A stretch of 63,999 bases of DNA, the filler included, from Lenisia limosa (taxonomy: Eukaryota > Protista > Breviatea), in the NCBI GenBank assembly GCA_001655205.1. It is 12 parts of 12 records of this genome, joined end to end, with 100 filler letters (N's around TTAATTAATTAA, not from the genome) between each part and the next. Parts side by side here need not be neighbours in the genome. Positions count along the whole stretch, not along the records: positions 36,732 to 50,216 come from LPNZ01006703.1; positions 50,317 to 53,122 come from LPNZ01009137.1; 10 more parts are not named here. One strand, 5' to 3'. Under the pieces are notes generated by a model, which searched no databases, was not told the DNA's origin, and was given only the letters and a program-made list of their open reading frames with translations. The translations under genes and the position numbers were made by a program. This document shows, piece after piece, positions 37,934-50,459 of this stretch (the stretch's first letter is position 1; every line of letters begins with the position of its first letter).

Positions 37934-40408
37934 ATGGCGTTTTCAGTAGCACTATCCCGGATTGGAGTCTCTCTTGTTTCTCAACAGGTTTGGATTCTGT
38001 TCCATTGATCCTTACTCACGCTCTTAGGGGGTGACTCTCTCACGCACCCTTCTTCCTGCACTTACCCAAATTCCTTCCTCCAGTATGAGCAGTCATCACT
38101 ACAGTTTATGGCAAACAATTCGTTACAAGGTCATGGCTGAGGTGGGAGGGATAATGGGATTTCAAGGAATCTCTTTAATCCTACGGGTGGTTGTTTTTAC
38201 ACAATATAATTTCCAAAATACTTTAACACTGTTATATTCATACATGAGTTAAGCAAAATAGATCCAGTCTGATGACAAGTTGAAGGAGTCAATTGAAGCC
38301 GCAGCAGACACTGGAATGGTGAAGGTTTGTTGTCTGACAACCTGGCCCCACCTTCATTTTACAGAAAGTCTCTCAAATCATGGAAGCGGTAGATAAAACT
38401 AAGACTGGTATTTCGACCGTAACATCAGATGCATTACTTAAAGTATGGGGTTTACGTGATGCGATTGCGATAGCGTGCTCGCCGTGGTCAATAGACAGTC
38501 ACTCTCTGTCCTTTACTCTTCAGATCCAAGATGCTGTTGATGAAGCACAGGGTGAAGATAAGGAGGAAGAATTGATTAAAATGAAGAAACTTGAAGAGGT
38601 ACTCCACTAATATTATTAGTTTTCTCACCCCTCAGAAACAAGCTGCTCAATTTTTGGATAAAAGAGAGAGATTACAGACAGAGCAAGAGTCAATAAAAAA
38701 GAAGCACGAAGAAGAACAGCTTGGAGTTGTGTCAACTGCTCTCACTGCACCATCAACTTCTCAAGTTATGTTCAGGTCAAACCAGGTCAGGCATGGGTTT
38801 CCCCTACCTCTCTTTATGAAAAGTAAGCTTACTTTCTAGATTCTTGAAGATGATGCTTTGACTGGAACAATAAAAAAGGTCACAGCTCTAATGGCACATC
38901 TTGAAGGAACTGATCAAGTTACGGAGGAGGAAAAAAAAACGTAGGTTCATCTCTTGTTACAAGGCTCTCTCACTCACTCACACACACTCTCTCCCTCTCT
39001 ATTTTTATTTCATTGTTTTTACCCCTTCAGCTCTTACTTTGACCCTTCTATTATCCCAGATGACGAAACAACAGATATGGTTATCCATGAACGTAAGACC
39101 TTTATCTGACAGCGTTTCTAACTTTATACAGCTTCACGCCTTTCTTCTCAGATTGCTGAAATGAAAACACACATTCTTGAAAGCAAGCCCGTTCAGACCT
39201 ATGAACAGTTGGATAACCATTTGTGTTGTAAGTGTAACTTTGCAGCATTAAGGAGAAAGTGACGTCAAGTGACAATAAGGCGGTTCAATTTTCAGTACAG
39301 TCAGCTCGACTCTTTAAGAAGGGTCTTACTAAGATTTTCGGGTTTGTGATAGTCCTCATCGTTGTTGTTTATTCCTAGCGAAACCAAACAAGCCAAGGCG
39401 TTGAAGGCAATTAAGGCTGTCGATCCCAGCTTTAAGCTCTATGTGAGCTTTAAAGAGGAAACAGTTAAGAATCACACCATATCTCAAATATTATAACTAA
39501 TCCTAGTTGATATGATAGGTACACTATTGGAAAATATTAATGAATACCTCATAATGATGCAGTGCAAATGTGACTGCTTAGAATCTTCTCGACGATTTGG
39601 AAGAGACCGTCATTCCCCGAGTTCTCAAGGCATTTCATGAAGGGGACAAGGAAACTATCCGATTCTACACTGAAAGAGAGGTTTGTGCAATAGCGGTCTT
39701 ACCTTTTAGGCATATGGCCACATGATAAACGCGCTACAAGAGTTGGAGGACAAGGGTCAGGCTATTGATGTGGAAGTGTTGGATCTGAAGGAGCTTGAAG
39801 TTTGTCTATCCTTTGAAGAAAATAACGCTGTAGTTCAGAGGAGGTGACTTTTTGGACGGTTATCCTTATTTGATTTTCTCATTCAAGATTGATGTAAGCG
39901 TAAATTTTTGAAGAGTAATTTTGACCCTTCAGCAAACCACCGCCACTCGCGATATTGAAACTGGCACTATTGTTGAAGGCGGACCGGTATGTTTCGTGCT
40001 CGATTGTGCTTATTTGTAGGAGAACGTCCAGAGTGTGTACTACGCCTGGGCTATTAGGCCAATGGTAAGCAATTGCTTCGATATGATTTTCATATCTTAA
40101 CATATGATATCGATATCTAATATGTATTATAATACACATTTCCGTGTTTGTGGTACATACATATTCTTTGGCATGTAGGCTGTTTAATAGCTTTTATACA
40201 AACAAGTATAAAATATCATATAATATACTATGATATATTATATAGTATGTAATATGTATATATATAGTATATATTGATAGTTTTAAGTGCCCCCATCTCG
40301 GTCACGTATATCACAACTAAACTGCTTTAACCATTTTAGATTGAAGAGAACAGACGGCAGTGGAAGATCTTAGATCTCGGTATCAATGCCACTCACGGCA
40401 CTTTCTAG
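37934..40408 (+). CDS. TIMM44: Mitochondrial import inner membrane translocase subunit Tim44, multi-exon
   Basis: Presequence-like MAFSVALSRIGVSLVSQQ...QTIRY. C-terminal Tim44 domain: KAIKAVDPSF, NLLDDLEETVIPRVLKAFHEGDKETIRFYTERE/AYGHMINALQELEDKGQAIDVEVLDLKELE, QTTATRDIETGTIVEGGP/ENVQSVYYAWAIRPM/IEENRRQWKILDLGIN. Confidence 0.85.
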
Positions 40409-40449
40409 GTTAGATCCAAGAAATGTATCAACTGCTCTTTTTCACAAGG

Positions 40450-41815
40450 TTAAATATGCAAGTCACGAACGGCTTGGGCCATGACAGTCATTGAGAGGCA
40501 AGTGACCAGGATAAAATGCGCCCTATTATTGACCAGGAGAATCTGAAAATAATATTTATCTAGAGCTCCTACTCTTTGTGAGTTGTCCATGGGGACTGCA
40601 ATGAGCAATAAAAGGGCTGCTGCTGCATGAAGGTACATTGCTGCATTAATTGCAGTGTAAATAGTAGCGGTAAGCCAGGCCACTGGCCAGGACCCACGAA
40701 CAAGAGAACAGTGGAACCCTTTTCCCTTGGTATGCGGTTTGGGCTACGGAATTAGACTAGGAACGGCCTACCAAAGCATGAAAGGCATATTTTGACACTT
40801 GTGGAAAAAACAGCAGTAGGATGTTGATCGCCACAAGGAGACAAATCGTATCAATAACATGAAAAGCAGATATTGATGTCACCTAAAAACGTGACTCAAA
40901 ATAAGCTTCACCACTACCTGCCAAATGGAGAAGCACCACAGCGGAAGACCGATTCCTACATTATTAGAACGAAATGCTTCGGCGATGACAAACCAGATGC
41001 AGCTCTTGTTGCTAAGGCATGTTCACGAAGCCATTCTCGTTCTTTCACCGACTGCAAGTGAGTTCCTCAATCAAACCAAACCTTAAGTAGTCCGAGGAGG
41101 AGGATAGCAGTAATAGCTGTTGCACTAAATTGGATAGTCGCCAAATCCGTGATACTATGTAGTGCCATTGCTACTTTGTTATTTCTCACTTGTCTTACAG
41201 GAATATAACACGACTGCTAGAAATATAGTTGCGATACATGGGATTCGAAAGAGTCCAAATCTAAAACGAATTAGCGCAAATTACTGTACCTGACTGCTCC
41301 AGCAAGCCCAGATGTTGCCAAGAGCAGGAAAGAAATTGCTATTAAAATGGTAGCTTGGTCAAGATGCGAGGCTGGTGATGTCTGAAGTGTTGAATAAAAC
41401 TCCTGACTGGACTAACCTCGAAAAATATGTCAAGCCACTGTCTTGGTGACATAGCTAATTCAAACACTTCTTCAAAACTAAACTGTCAAAGCATGGCATC
41501 ACTCACCTAATTGGTACATTAAAGCTCTCTCCAGATAATGTGTGAGTTGTCACCTTGGGTCTGTTACATGAAAGTAGCATTTCAACTGCAAATGATACAC
41601 CCAGTCCACCTATTAAGATAAGAAATGATAAGTATTATTTTGGATTCTTACCTTGAAGCAGAAACCCCAAGACACTAATAATGTGATTAGGACTCATTGA
41701 CGCTCTTGAGAGTTATGACATTGTGATGGTGGTAACCTGAAGTGGTGTTCTGCATCATGCTTGAATCTTCTCCTGTCCTCTTTTGGTGTATCAACCACGT
41801 TGAAGTCTTCCATTT
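40450..41815 (-). CDS. Probable unidentified spliced gene
   Basis: First exon MEDFNVVDTPKEDRRRFKHDAEHHF|gttacc; short GT-AG exons MSPRQWLDIFFE, NFFPALGNIWACWSSQ and SVKEREWLREHALATRAAS. The complete chain and stop were not resolved. Confidence 0.35.
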
Positions 41816-42398
41816 GGGGAAAATCTGTCATTTGAATGTTTTTTGAAGAAGCCTAATTGTGGTGATTTAGATAAGTACTTGTTGTAATAAGATATCATAA
41901 ATACTAGATGTACTTATTCGACATCCTATATAAGACACATGTTGTGTTGTTTATGCCATTTATTATTTAGACATGTAATGGAATATTGAAATATATTATT
42001 TGTTATGGACTTTGGGGAGAGTAGCCGTGTTACCAACCTTTCAGTTGCCATTGACCAAGTTGAGATGAAAATTGAACGTGAATCCAAATGTGGCAATTTT
42101 TCCAGTGCCAGATTCTTTGATACACAAATACTATAATAAGATAAAAAGATAATAAGTTGCGTAGTTGACCTTGACTGTATGATTCCGTTCTCCGTGTCGT
42201 CAAGCAGAGCAAGGGCGGGGGTAATCCCAGGAACTATTATTATGAGGTGCTGTGCCTTAATTGTTTTTTTGTTGCTGTGTTCAGGCGTTCAGGCTGTGTT
42301 GTTGTGTTCAGGCTGTGTTGCTGTGTTTTTCTATTATATATATTAATATAATAAAAATATATTGACACAGAATTGATCAGAAACAGAAGATATCAGAA

Positions 42399-44479
42399 AT
42401 GCCGATTGCAGGTGAGCTAAAAGCTTCTCTTATGCTTTCTTTATGAAGTACAAACAGAGAACCACAAGAATGTAGTAAATATAACCACGTAGAGACGCAA
42501 ACTGAACTCTTCACAGTTGTTGAGTCCCCAGTCAAAACTGTAGTTGGGTATCTAAATCTTCACCTTCTAGAGAACCCCAGATTCCTCAAAGCTTCCTCAT
42601 GGGTTTGTTCCTTCAGACTATACGCTTGTCTTTGGTAAGCTTGACCTGTTGTCGCAATTTATGTTTTATAAAACAAATATTGACTAACTTCCAAGGAAAC
42701 TGGACCTTTACTGCAGCTTTGGCTTATGCGTTTGTTATTGGTCTCCCGCTTCTTGCATTCTTCTACCATTTCATTGGGGAATCTTGGTTTAACAACTACT
42801 ATAAGGCACATTTAGGTGGGTAGTGAGGGTTATGAATCAGGTGTTTAATTGCTTGCAGAGAGGGTTTGTAAAACTATAAAACTACTTTAAGCCCATCAGT
42901 ATGGCTGTAACATTTTTAGGATACTATGTATGCAGTGCAATTTGTCAGTCTCATTACTTCCGCGCTAAACCAACGCCCCATTTTTCTGGTATGTGGAGGA
43001 AGTGTTTGATTTGTTTCTGAAAACAATAAATGTTGTTGTCTCTTATAAAAGAATATGTCAATCTACAACCTCCATTCAATCTCATCACCATGTACTCTAT
43101 ATCTCATGCCAATGATTGTATTAACAAAAGTAGGTATTCTCCGTCATGTCATATCAATCGCCTGTGGTGTTGCTTTCTACTACATTCACGAATATGTATT
43201 TGTTGATATTCTTGATGTTGAGGTATGGCTGCGTTTCAATTAATTCAACAGGCTACTATTCCTGCCCATTTTACCTGGATTGTTCTTGCTTTCTTTGCAT
43301 TTGGGTAAGGGTTTTTTTTTATCATTCCTCTAGTTTCGATGATACCTATTTTGAAGGCGGACTTGCAGCATGGTTAAAAAAGGATTATCTTCGTGCTGTC
43401 TTCTACTACTTTGTTTCCTGGGTGTGGTGGTACATCTGCTTTTATTCTCCCCTTATTGGCGATGGAGGTAGGTGTTTTTTTTTGTTTCGATAAACAGGTT
43501 GTTACTTTTATGACAAGGTTTTATCGGTCAATAACTAATTGTAGGTGATTCTTTCAATGCAACATATGGCAACTGGTGGAATGCAACAATGCAATGGGTG
43601 AGTGATTACAACCTATATCTATATGATATTTTTTATTTTATTCTTGTTATTATTTGATGCATACAACCCTTTGTTTTCTCTCATTTTCTTTACAATATGT
43701 TTAGATTATTATGGCTGAAATTTGCGTGGCTATTATGTGGAGTGATTACCTCAAAACCATCAAGTCTTTTGAAAATAAGGTATGTCCCCCTACCCTACGC
43801 TTTTATCTGATTAGGCACTGAGAGGAATGGTCACCCTTGGAGCCTCTGTTATCTTCTCTTTCTTCACTTCTTCGATTCTCTTCTGCGTTTTTCACTACTT
43901 TTTCTATACCGAGCACTATGAAGAGGATTCGGTAAGCAGGCTTCGTGAATTGTTCATATTATATTAATTAAAATATACTTTCTTAACTTTCCTTTTGCAG
44001 ATTTGGCACCATGTTCTCTATGTTGGCACTTATCCCCTGAATGCTCTCTTTTCTTTTGGTCTCTACACCAACAAATTAAACGACACTAAATTGAGTCCAC
44101 TAAATAAAAGTCTCTTAAGGACGGTGATTGTTATTTTCGGTGAGTGTTGTTATTATTTGAACAAGTTTCATGTTTTTCAGGTGCCATTTTTGGATACTTC
44201 TTCTTCCACCTTGTGATTGCACCGCTCAACGTTCTGGGTGAACACGATTGGGAGCACCATCAGGATCTTGCATACAATTTCACTGTGTCAATTGTGATGG
44301 TAATTGTGTTATTCTCGGATGGTTCACCCAAATAGGTAACACAACAATGGTTCATGTCTCGATATGGTTTCATGGTGCTCAAGAAATTGCCACCAAGTAC
44401 TCTACTCGTCCATGCTGATGGTAGTGAAAGCACTTCCAACCTCATTCCCCAGGAGGAAGAGATGGAAAAAATGGTTTAG
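42399..44479 (+). CDS. Multi-pass membrane protein (about 10 or more hydrophobic segments), family not identified
   Basis: Exons GNWTFTAALAYAFVIGLPLLAFFYHFIGESWFNNYY, GILRHVISIACGVAFYYIHEYVF, GLAAWLKKDYLRAVFYYFVSWVWWYICFYSP, IIMAEICVAIMWSDYLKTIKSFENK/ALRGMVTLGASVIFSFFTSSILFCVFHYFFY, IWHHVLYVGTYPLNALFSFGLY, SLLRTVIVIF/GAIFGYFFFHLVIAPLNV, DLAYNFTVSIVM/VTQQWFMSRYGF...EKMV*. Confidence 0.7.
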
Positions 44480-44618
44480 GTGTTTTGTATATGATATCAT
44501 AGTATACTAATGTCATATTGTTCTATAATGTAAAAATGTTCTAATTTTAAATGATTTGGCAAAATGGGAAGGAGATTAATAGTGTTATCAAAAAATAGAG
44601 TTAAATACTGAAGTGCTG

Positions 44619-46901
44619 TCACTCTTCTTCCTCTTCAGGAACTGAGGGCTGATGGATGAGGTTCAAAAAAAAAGGAACCATCTTGCATTTCTTTTCAGAC
44701 AAATGAGATTTGAGAAAAGAAACCACAAACTTGTTTTTTTGTGATCTGTAAAAGAGATTGCACTGGCTGTCGGCAAATGGGACACTTGTTGGACTGATGT
44801 CGAATAACGTCCGCGCAGTCAGTGCATAAGCACATGTGGCGGCAAGGGAGAACTGAACAAATCAAGATTTCTAACACAGAAGCATTTTCCACAAAATTAA
44901 AACGAAAATAGAATTCAAAGCACCACTTTTGCAGTACCTGCTGTGTTTCTTGGTTCGACAAGACAAATGACACAATCTCGACCAGTCTCGTCATCGGGGT
45001 CCACACCGAAAATATCTTGAAGCATGTATGACACACCATTTATCTGAAAGTGTCAAAGCCAATGGGAGTTTAGGTAGCCAACAGTTATCTACATGCATGA
45101 GTCATACATAATTAGCATACTATATAGCAATGAGAAAAAAAAATATAAAGATGTATCNNNNNNNNNNNNNNNNNNNNNNNNNNNNNNNNNNNNNNNNNNN
45201 NNNNNNNNNCAGCTTTCTGCGTGCCTCCCCAGCATACCTACAAGGATTAGATTCATGAATAAGGACAATAGCCCCTGCATAATAGATATCCGCATCTTCA
45301 TTTCACCCCCAGATAACCCAAGAATCGCTGACATCATATAGCTAGTACAAATACATTTACAATATCGATATATAATTATCATTCTAGTATATGATTTTAT
45401 ACGCTTTCGATATATTACTAGTTTACGATGAGTATTATTAATGATAAAAACTGTTTGTATTTCCAATTTGCCTCACCTGCATTTTTTGTTTAAGAACGCG
45501 TACACCTGTGAATTCTTCAGAATCTCCTTTGGTCAAAGTGCAATAGGTCACCTAAAATGAATTAAAAACCGCTTTATATTGCCCAATGTGAAGGAGAAGA
45601 TGATAAGTTATGAAGTAGTACCAGATTGATTACAACAACCCCCCCCCCTCAATAAAACACATCAATGCACGTGAGCCCTTTCTTCAAACTCAGTGCAGAC
45701 TACATACCAAAGTTTGAGGATGTGTTGACAATGGTCCCGTTTCCACGTCAGATTGTAGAACAATAATAATTGGCACAAAGTTTCCTCCAGGCTTCCACAC
45801 TAAATCCGAAGAAGCAAAAGGCTGAATTAGTGAATTAGGTAAGCACTGAAGCTGTTTATTGACGCTTTCAATAACGATGACGAAATAGTAAACAGCTTAC
45901 TTCAGGATTTATTAAGTCATCCTTTTTTTGTTCGAAGACTTGGTTTAACTTTTTGGGAGCGCTGAAGAAAATGTCAACAAAATACCCATGTAAAGGACCA
46001 CACGATTTTTACGACAAATCGTTTATCTACACCACTCTATATTATTTGGAGATATCTGTCTTTTTTTGCCAATCAAACCCCAGCTGAAGCCATACCTGTC
46101 AATGATAGGCTGTTGATTTTTATTCTTGCACAAAAATCTACAGGATCAAAATGAAACAAACCTGTCAAAAGAAATATAAACATCAGAATGCCTCATATGC
46201 TGCTTATGAAACCTAATCCTCAGTGGAGGTATGTTTGTAAACATAAAACGAGTTTATTTTACTTTATTTCAGCCACAAACTTGCAGGTGTTAGAGCTTCG
46301 GCTTGCAACTTCCCTTGCCACCCAATACACTCCAATTTTAACCGGACATGAGGTGTCAAAACTTAAAAGGTTAGAAATTAAATATAACAATAAAGTAAAA
46401 AAACAATTCTTTAGGTCGTAGAGCAAAAAAGACAGGGAACCCTACTTGAACTTCAGTCCATATTTTCCATCAGTGCACTCAAGCTTTACAGAACTTTTCA
46501 AAAGGTTGACGTGGGCACTGACGAGTTAATGGAATAATAATATAAAAAAACAATCCACAAACACCATTTTGAATAAAATAACAAGTGAATCAGAATAGAA
46601 AACCCAAAGACCCAAACTTTGCCCACAAACCGGATAGTTGTTGTATGTTGTACGGAAGCTGGAGTGTGTTCAGGGTCCTCACTACCCAGTGTTTGGGCCT
46701 CACTGATCCGATGGTCTCCAAGGTAAATGCCATGTTGCGCTGCCCTGAGCAATCACAATCACAATCAACAAACGGAATCAACAACAAAGGATTTCCACTT
46801 CCCGGACATAAAATAGACAGAAAAAAAAAAATTAAATCCACTAACCCTTCAGGCTGTTCGCTAGGCGCCTCGTTAGCCGGTGCAGAAGCAGTATTGCCCA
46901 T
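44619..46901 (-). CDS. MGRN1: MGRN1/RNF157/LOG2-family C3HC4 RING E3 ubiquitin ligase, multi-exon
   Basis: Myristoylation-type start MGNTAS; [15 protein letters not shown]; VPIIIVLQ; VTYCTL...[22 protein letters not shown]...[51 protein letters not shown]. Confidence 0.88.
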
Positions 46902-47171
46902 TTCAATGGGCCGGCTAGTCCAGTTTGAGAGCAGGGAAAGCACTAACTATGGAAGGAACTGGTTTATTATCAATATCAAGAGGTTTAAAATATATAAACA
47001 GACAAAATCGAGAAGGGGAGGGCGAATACGACGCTAACAACACAAATCTAATCGAGAAAAAAATGCTGTTCGGTATACTTGCTCTTTATTTTATTCAGCT
47101 GCTTTTGTTCGTTCGTCTTTCGTCCGGGAATTTATCAAGAGAAGAGTAAAATTAATTTTTTGAAAAAAAAA

Positions 47172-47224
47172 TGGATGAGAAGGGAATCGAACCCCTGGCT
47201 TCTCGCATGCAAAGCGAGCGCTCT
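47172..47224 (-). tRNA. trnA-UGC: tRNA-Ala(UGC), 3' two-thirds only; 5' end lost in a 10-N gap
   Basis: 53 nt identical to the 3' part of the copy at 47905-47976, followed on the minus strand by an oligo-T run. Flanks differ from the other copy. Confidence 0.7.
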
Positions 47225-47255
47225 NNNNNNNNNNTGGGGGGGGGGTGAGAACGAG

Positions 47256-48290
47256 CTGTTTACTTGAGCCACGACTCCCAAAAACTCGTCAACTGTCGGT
47301 TTACTTTTTTGAACCGGGGTGAGGTCCCCAATTAGTAACCCCAGGTAGCAATAAGGTAATAGTCCAACAATGACAAACCACCCCCCTGTCCATCTACTCC
47401 CTACTTTGGCCTTGAGGGAGAACGGTGCGGTTGGTCCTTGCCAAAGGGGCACATCGAAAGACCCTCCGTTGAGTTTTAGCTACGGGAGAGGGGGTGAGTA
47501 GAGAAGAGAAACTGACAAATACAGGGAGTTTCTGGGGGATGATTAATCACATACCATGCTCGAAAATTAATCAAACACATTGACAACCAATACCATTCCA
47601 TTTGTCGATAAATACGAAAATATATATGTTTTGATGGACCGAAAACGCTTTCAAGACCACCATGCCAACCACTGAGCTGCCGTCCTCGGCAAAGAGCTGA
47701 ATGGCACCCCATCCGACAAGTGTTTCGTCACTACTCTCGTCTGAGGCGTGGAGAATCTCGATAACTGCAATGGCATTCCCATCAGGGGGCATGCCGCTAT
47801 GGGGGGGGGGGTAAAAAAACGGCACATTTCTGACAAAACAAAACACTATCTCGTTCACAAGAAAAAGAAAAGAAAAGAAAAAAACAATCAAAATTTTAAA
47901 AAAATGGATGAGAAGGGAATCGAACCCCTGGCTTCTCGCATGCAAAGCGAGCGCTCTACCCCTGAGCTACACACCCCTCATAATTTCAAAGCCCTCAGAT
48001 TGCATTCCGATGATGATCACAAAATCGTGTCCCACTCCTGACCCAAAATATTACAGTCTTCAGTCAACCAGTCTCACCAACTGACCCTAAGACTCCAATT
48101 CGCGTACTTGGCAGCTGGCTTGCAATTAAAGGATCAACACCCTTCATCGAAAAACTCTTCGAAAAACGGGTGGACCGTTTCATAGGGCTCATGTCGGGTT
48201 TTAAATGCAGCCCTAGTCGCCTCGCAATCCTTCTTCGTTTCTCTTTCTTAGCCTCTCTCTCTTACCTCACTAACCTCACCTTTGTCTTCC
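47256..48290 (-). CDS. C2-domain-like protein fragment (NPHP4-type C2 resemblance); start and 3' end uncertain
   Basis: Exon 47670-47796 GMPPDGNAIAVIEILHASDESSDETLVGWGAIQLFAEDGSSV, then LKLNGGSFDVPLWQGPTAPFSLKAK and DLTPVQKSKPTVDEFLGVVAQ; likely upstream exon RHEPYETVHPFFEEFFDEG. The AVIE...GWG-x-x-x-LF...LW-x-G pattern recalls ciliary C2 domains. Confidence 0.5.
47905..47976 (-). tRNA. trnA-UGC: tRNA-Ala(UGC)
   Basis: GGGTGTGTAGCTCAGGGGTAGAGCGCTCGCTTTGCATGCGAGAAGCCAGGGGTTCGATTCCCTTCTCATCCA folds as a cloverleaf with anticodon TGC, the G3:U70 alanine identity pair, a GGTTCGA T-loop and a downstream oligo-T Pol III terminator. Confidence 0.95.
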
Positions 48291-48392
48291 AGCCTCACCC
48301 ATAACCACCCTACCAACTTTCCCTTTTCTTTCACTCATACCTCCATCTATTCGATTCACAACAATTGAATACCATCCCTATTACATTATTAT

Positions 48393-50054
48393 GTGATAGG
48401 TGAAACCTGTAAAACGGTTTGCACTCCAAGTGCCCAGTCACCCGCTGCGTCACCAGAAGTGATCACCATCCCTCCTCCTCGCTCAGTCCGTTTACCCGCT
48501 GCCCAGACCAATTGGCCCAGACCACCGCCCCATTCCAGAAGAGATCACCCTCCCTCCAGTCCGAACTCTCATTCGCAACCAAGCTCTAATTCATGAGAAT
48601 GAAGGGACAATTAACGGTATGCTGTTTCATTCNNNNNNNNNNTCGGATTCCAAAGAGTAATTGTTCAGCTCATTACTTCAACACCCAAAGCTAAAAAAAA
48701 CCCTCATTCGCAACCAAGCTCTCATTCATGAGAATGAAGGGATAATTAACGGTATGCTGTTTCATTCTTTGGATATAACCACATCTTTCCCCAGGCTCAA
48801 TCAAGCTCAACCAGCTGATCAAATCCCTTGCGGAATCGATATCCGCCCTTGGGTCACTTCCCATCCGGTTGGGGGGTGGGTTTTCATATTACAGTGGGGG
48901 CGGTGTCTAATAGAGTAGAATTGGTGATGTGGGCCCCATGTCAACTGAGGAGTCCGCCAAGGTTGTCCAGGGCAAGGATGTGTGCCAGCCCACTAAGGTT
49001 TTTTTTTGACAAAGTCGGGCTTGGGACTCTTCCACACCCTTGGCACTTTGGGGCAGGTATCTGCAGAGAATACAAAGGTTCCTTTTTTGATGTAACCAGA
49101 TTTGCTCTTCAATGTCTGCTCCGCCAATGGGGGGCCTATGGAGTTCGACGGGAACAAAATGCCGAAATATGACAGGATGGTGATGATCCTTAATACTGCT
49201 AGAGTGTCACTAACAAAGTTCTGAATGTTTATTATTCTAATTCAAGACTTTCAAAACTCCAATAATGACGTCCGCTCCTTTGCCAAATTCCCCATTGCCC
49301 ATGTGGCCTGTGGCTACTCAGTTCAGGATACCCCGTCAGGCCGCTTGCTTTCCCTGCATAAAGCACTCTATCAATTTCATGACTTCCCCGTCCACTCCAC
49401 CGCCGCTCTCCTATGTATCTTCTTTATCTTTGTTTTACTGAATGTTTTTTCGATAAATACATTTTTTGTCCTTTCAAAAGACTTAAGTGTGAGCTGCCTC
49501 GTTGCCCCTTGCCGTCTGCTGTTTGTTCTACCGCCGCCTCCGCCTACGCTACTCTCTCAAGTTTCCGCCGCCGCAACTGCCTGTTGCCCCTAGCTCTCTT
49601 GTCGACCGTCTTCGTTGTCTCTGCCTCGTTTCCGCCATCTTCCGCTCTTTGTGCCTCCGCCGCTACATGAGCGCCTCCCGCCACCGCCTGCCTTGGGTTT
49701 ACCAATGTACCATTACATCCTGACAAGATGTTTTACCGGGCCAGTCTGGTCTTGGTGAGCGCTGTCGTCTTCCTGGCCTGCCGCAACCAAACCTCCGCTT
49801 GGGTTTGATTTCTTCCGCCTTGGCGGCCGGGGTTTCGATGAGTGCATGCCAACAGCATTTTGTCGGGGGGTTTTGGTCCCCCATGGTATGCCACCTCAGA
49901 CTAATGTTCCTTTGTTTTCCCTGTTCTTCTCTTCTTCTTGTTTACTGATATTATATTTTGTTTGAATGTGTTTATTTCATCTTTCAATATATTTTATTTT
50001 TGTCTTTTCAAATATTCACCACAGAAGTGATCACCATCCCGCCGACTTCCTAAT
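48393..50054 (+). CDS. Probable unidentified spliced gene containing a locally duplicated exon
   Basis: In-frame chain TLIRNQALIHENEGIIN/GSIKLNQLIKSLAESISALGSLPIR/IGDVGPMSTEESAKVVQGKDVCQPTK/SGLGLFHTLGTLGQ. Later exons and both ends are unresolved. Confidence 0.35.
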
Positions 50055-50459
50055 AGCATCTATTCCTCCCTGATGTAAAACAGTCTTTACGAATTTTTTC
50101 TCAGAGCTGAAGAAGTTTGTAATTATTTTTTGATTCGATTTCCTTCCAGTTTTAAGCAAAAATGAAATAAAAATGACAAATGAACCTAATCAGAAAAAAT
50201 ACGGTCAATGAAACAGNNNNNNNNNNNNNNNNNNNNNNNNNNNNNNNNNNNNNNNNNNNNTTAATTAATTAANNNNNNNNNNNNNNNNNNNNNNNNNNNN
50301 NNNNNNNNNNNNNNNNGGGGGGGGGGGATAAGGTAAAGAGCGGAGAGTTTTATATAATAAAATAATAATAATATCATATCATATAGTATCAGATATACTA
50401 TATCATATATGATATAGTATATAAATAAATAAAAACAATCAATAACTTTACAAAAAGCC

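Noticed and set aside
48945-48975. GVRQGCP, resembling the non-LTR reverse transcriptase motif GVRQGCPLSP
   Set aside because: The frame is flanked by stops with no other RT motifs nearby, and another frame gives a clean GT-AG exon (IGDVGPMSTEESAKVVQGKDVCQPTK).
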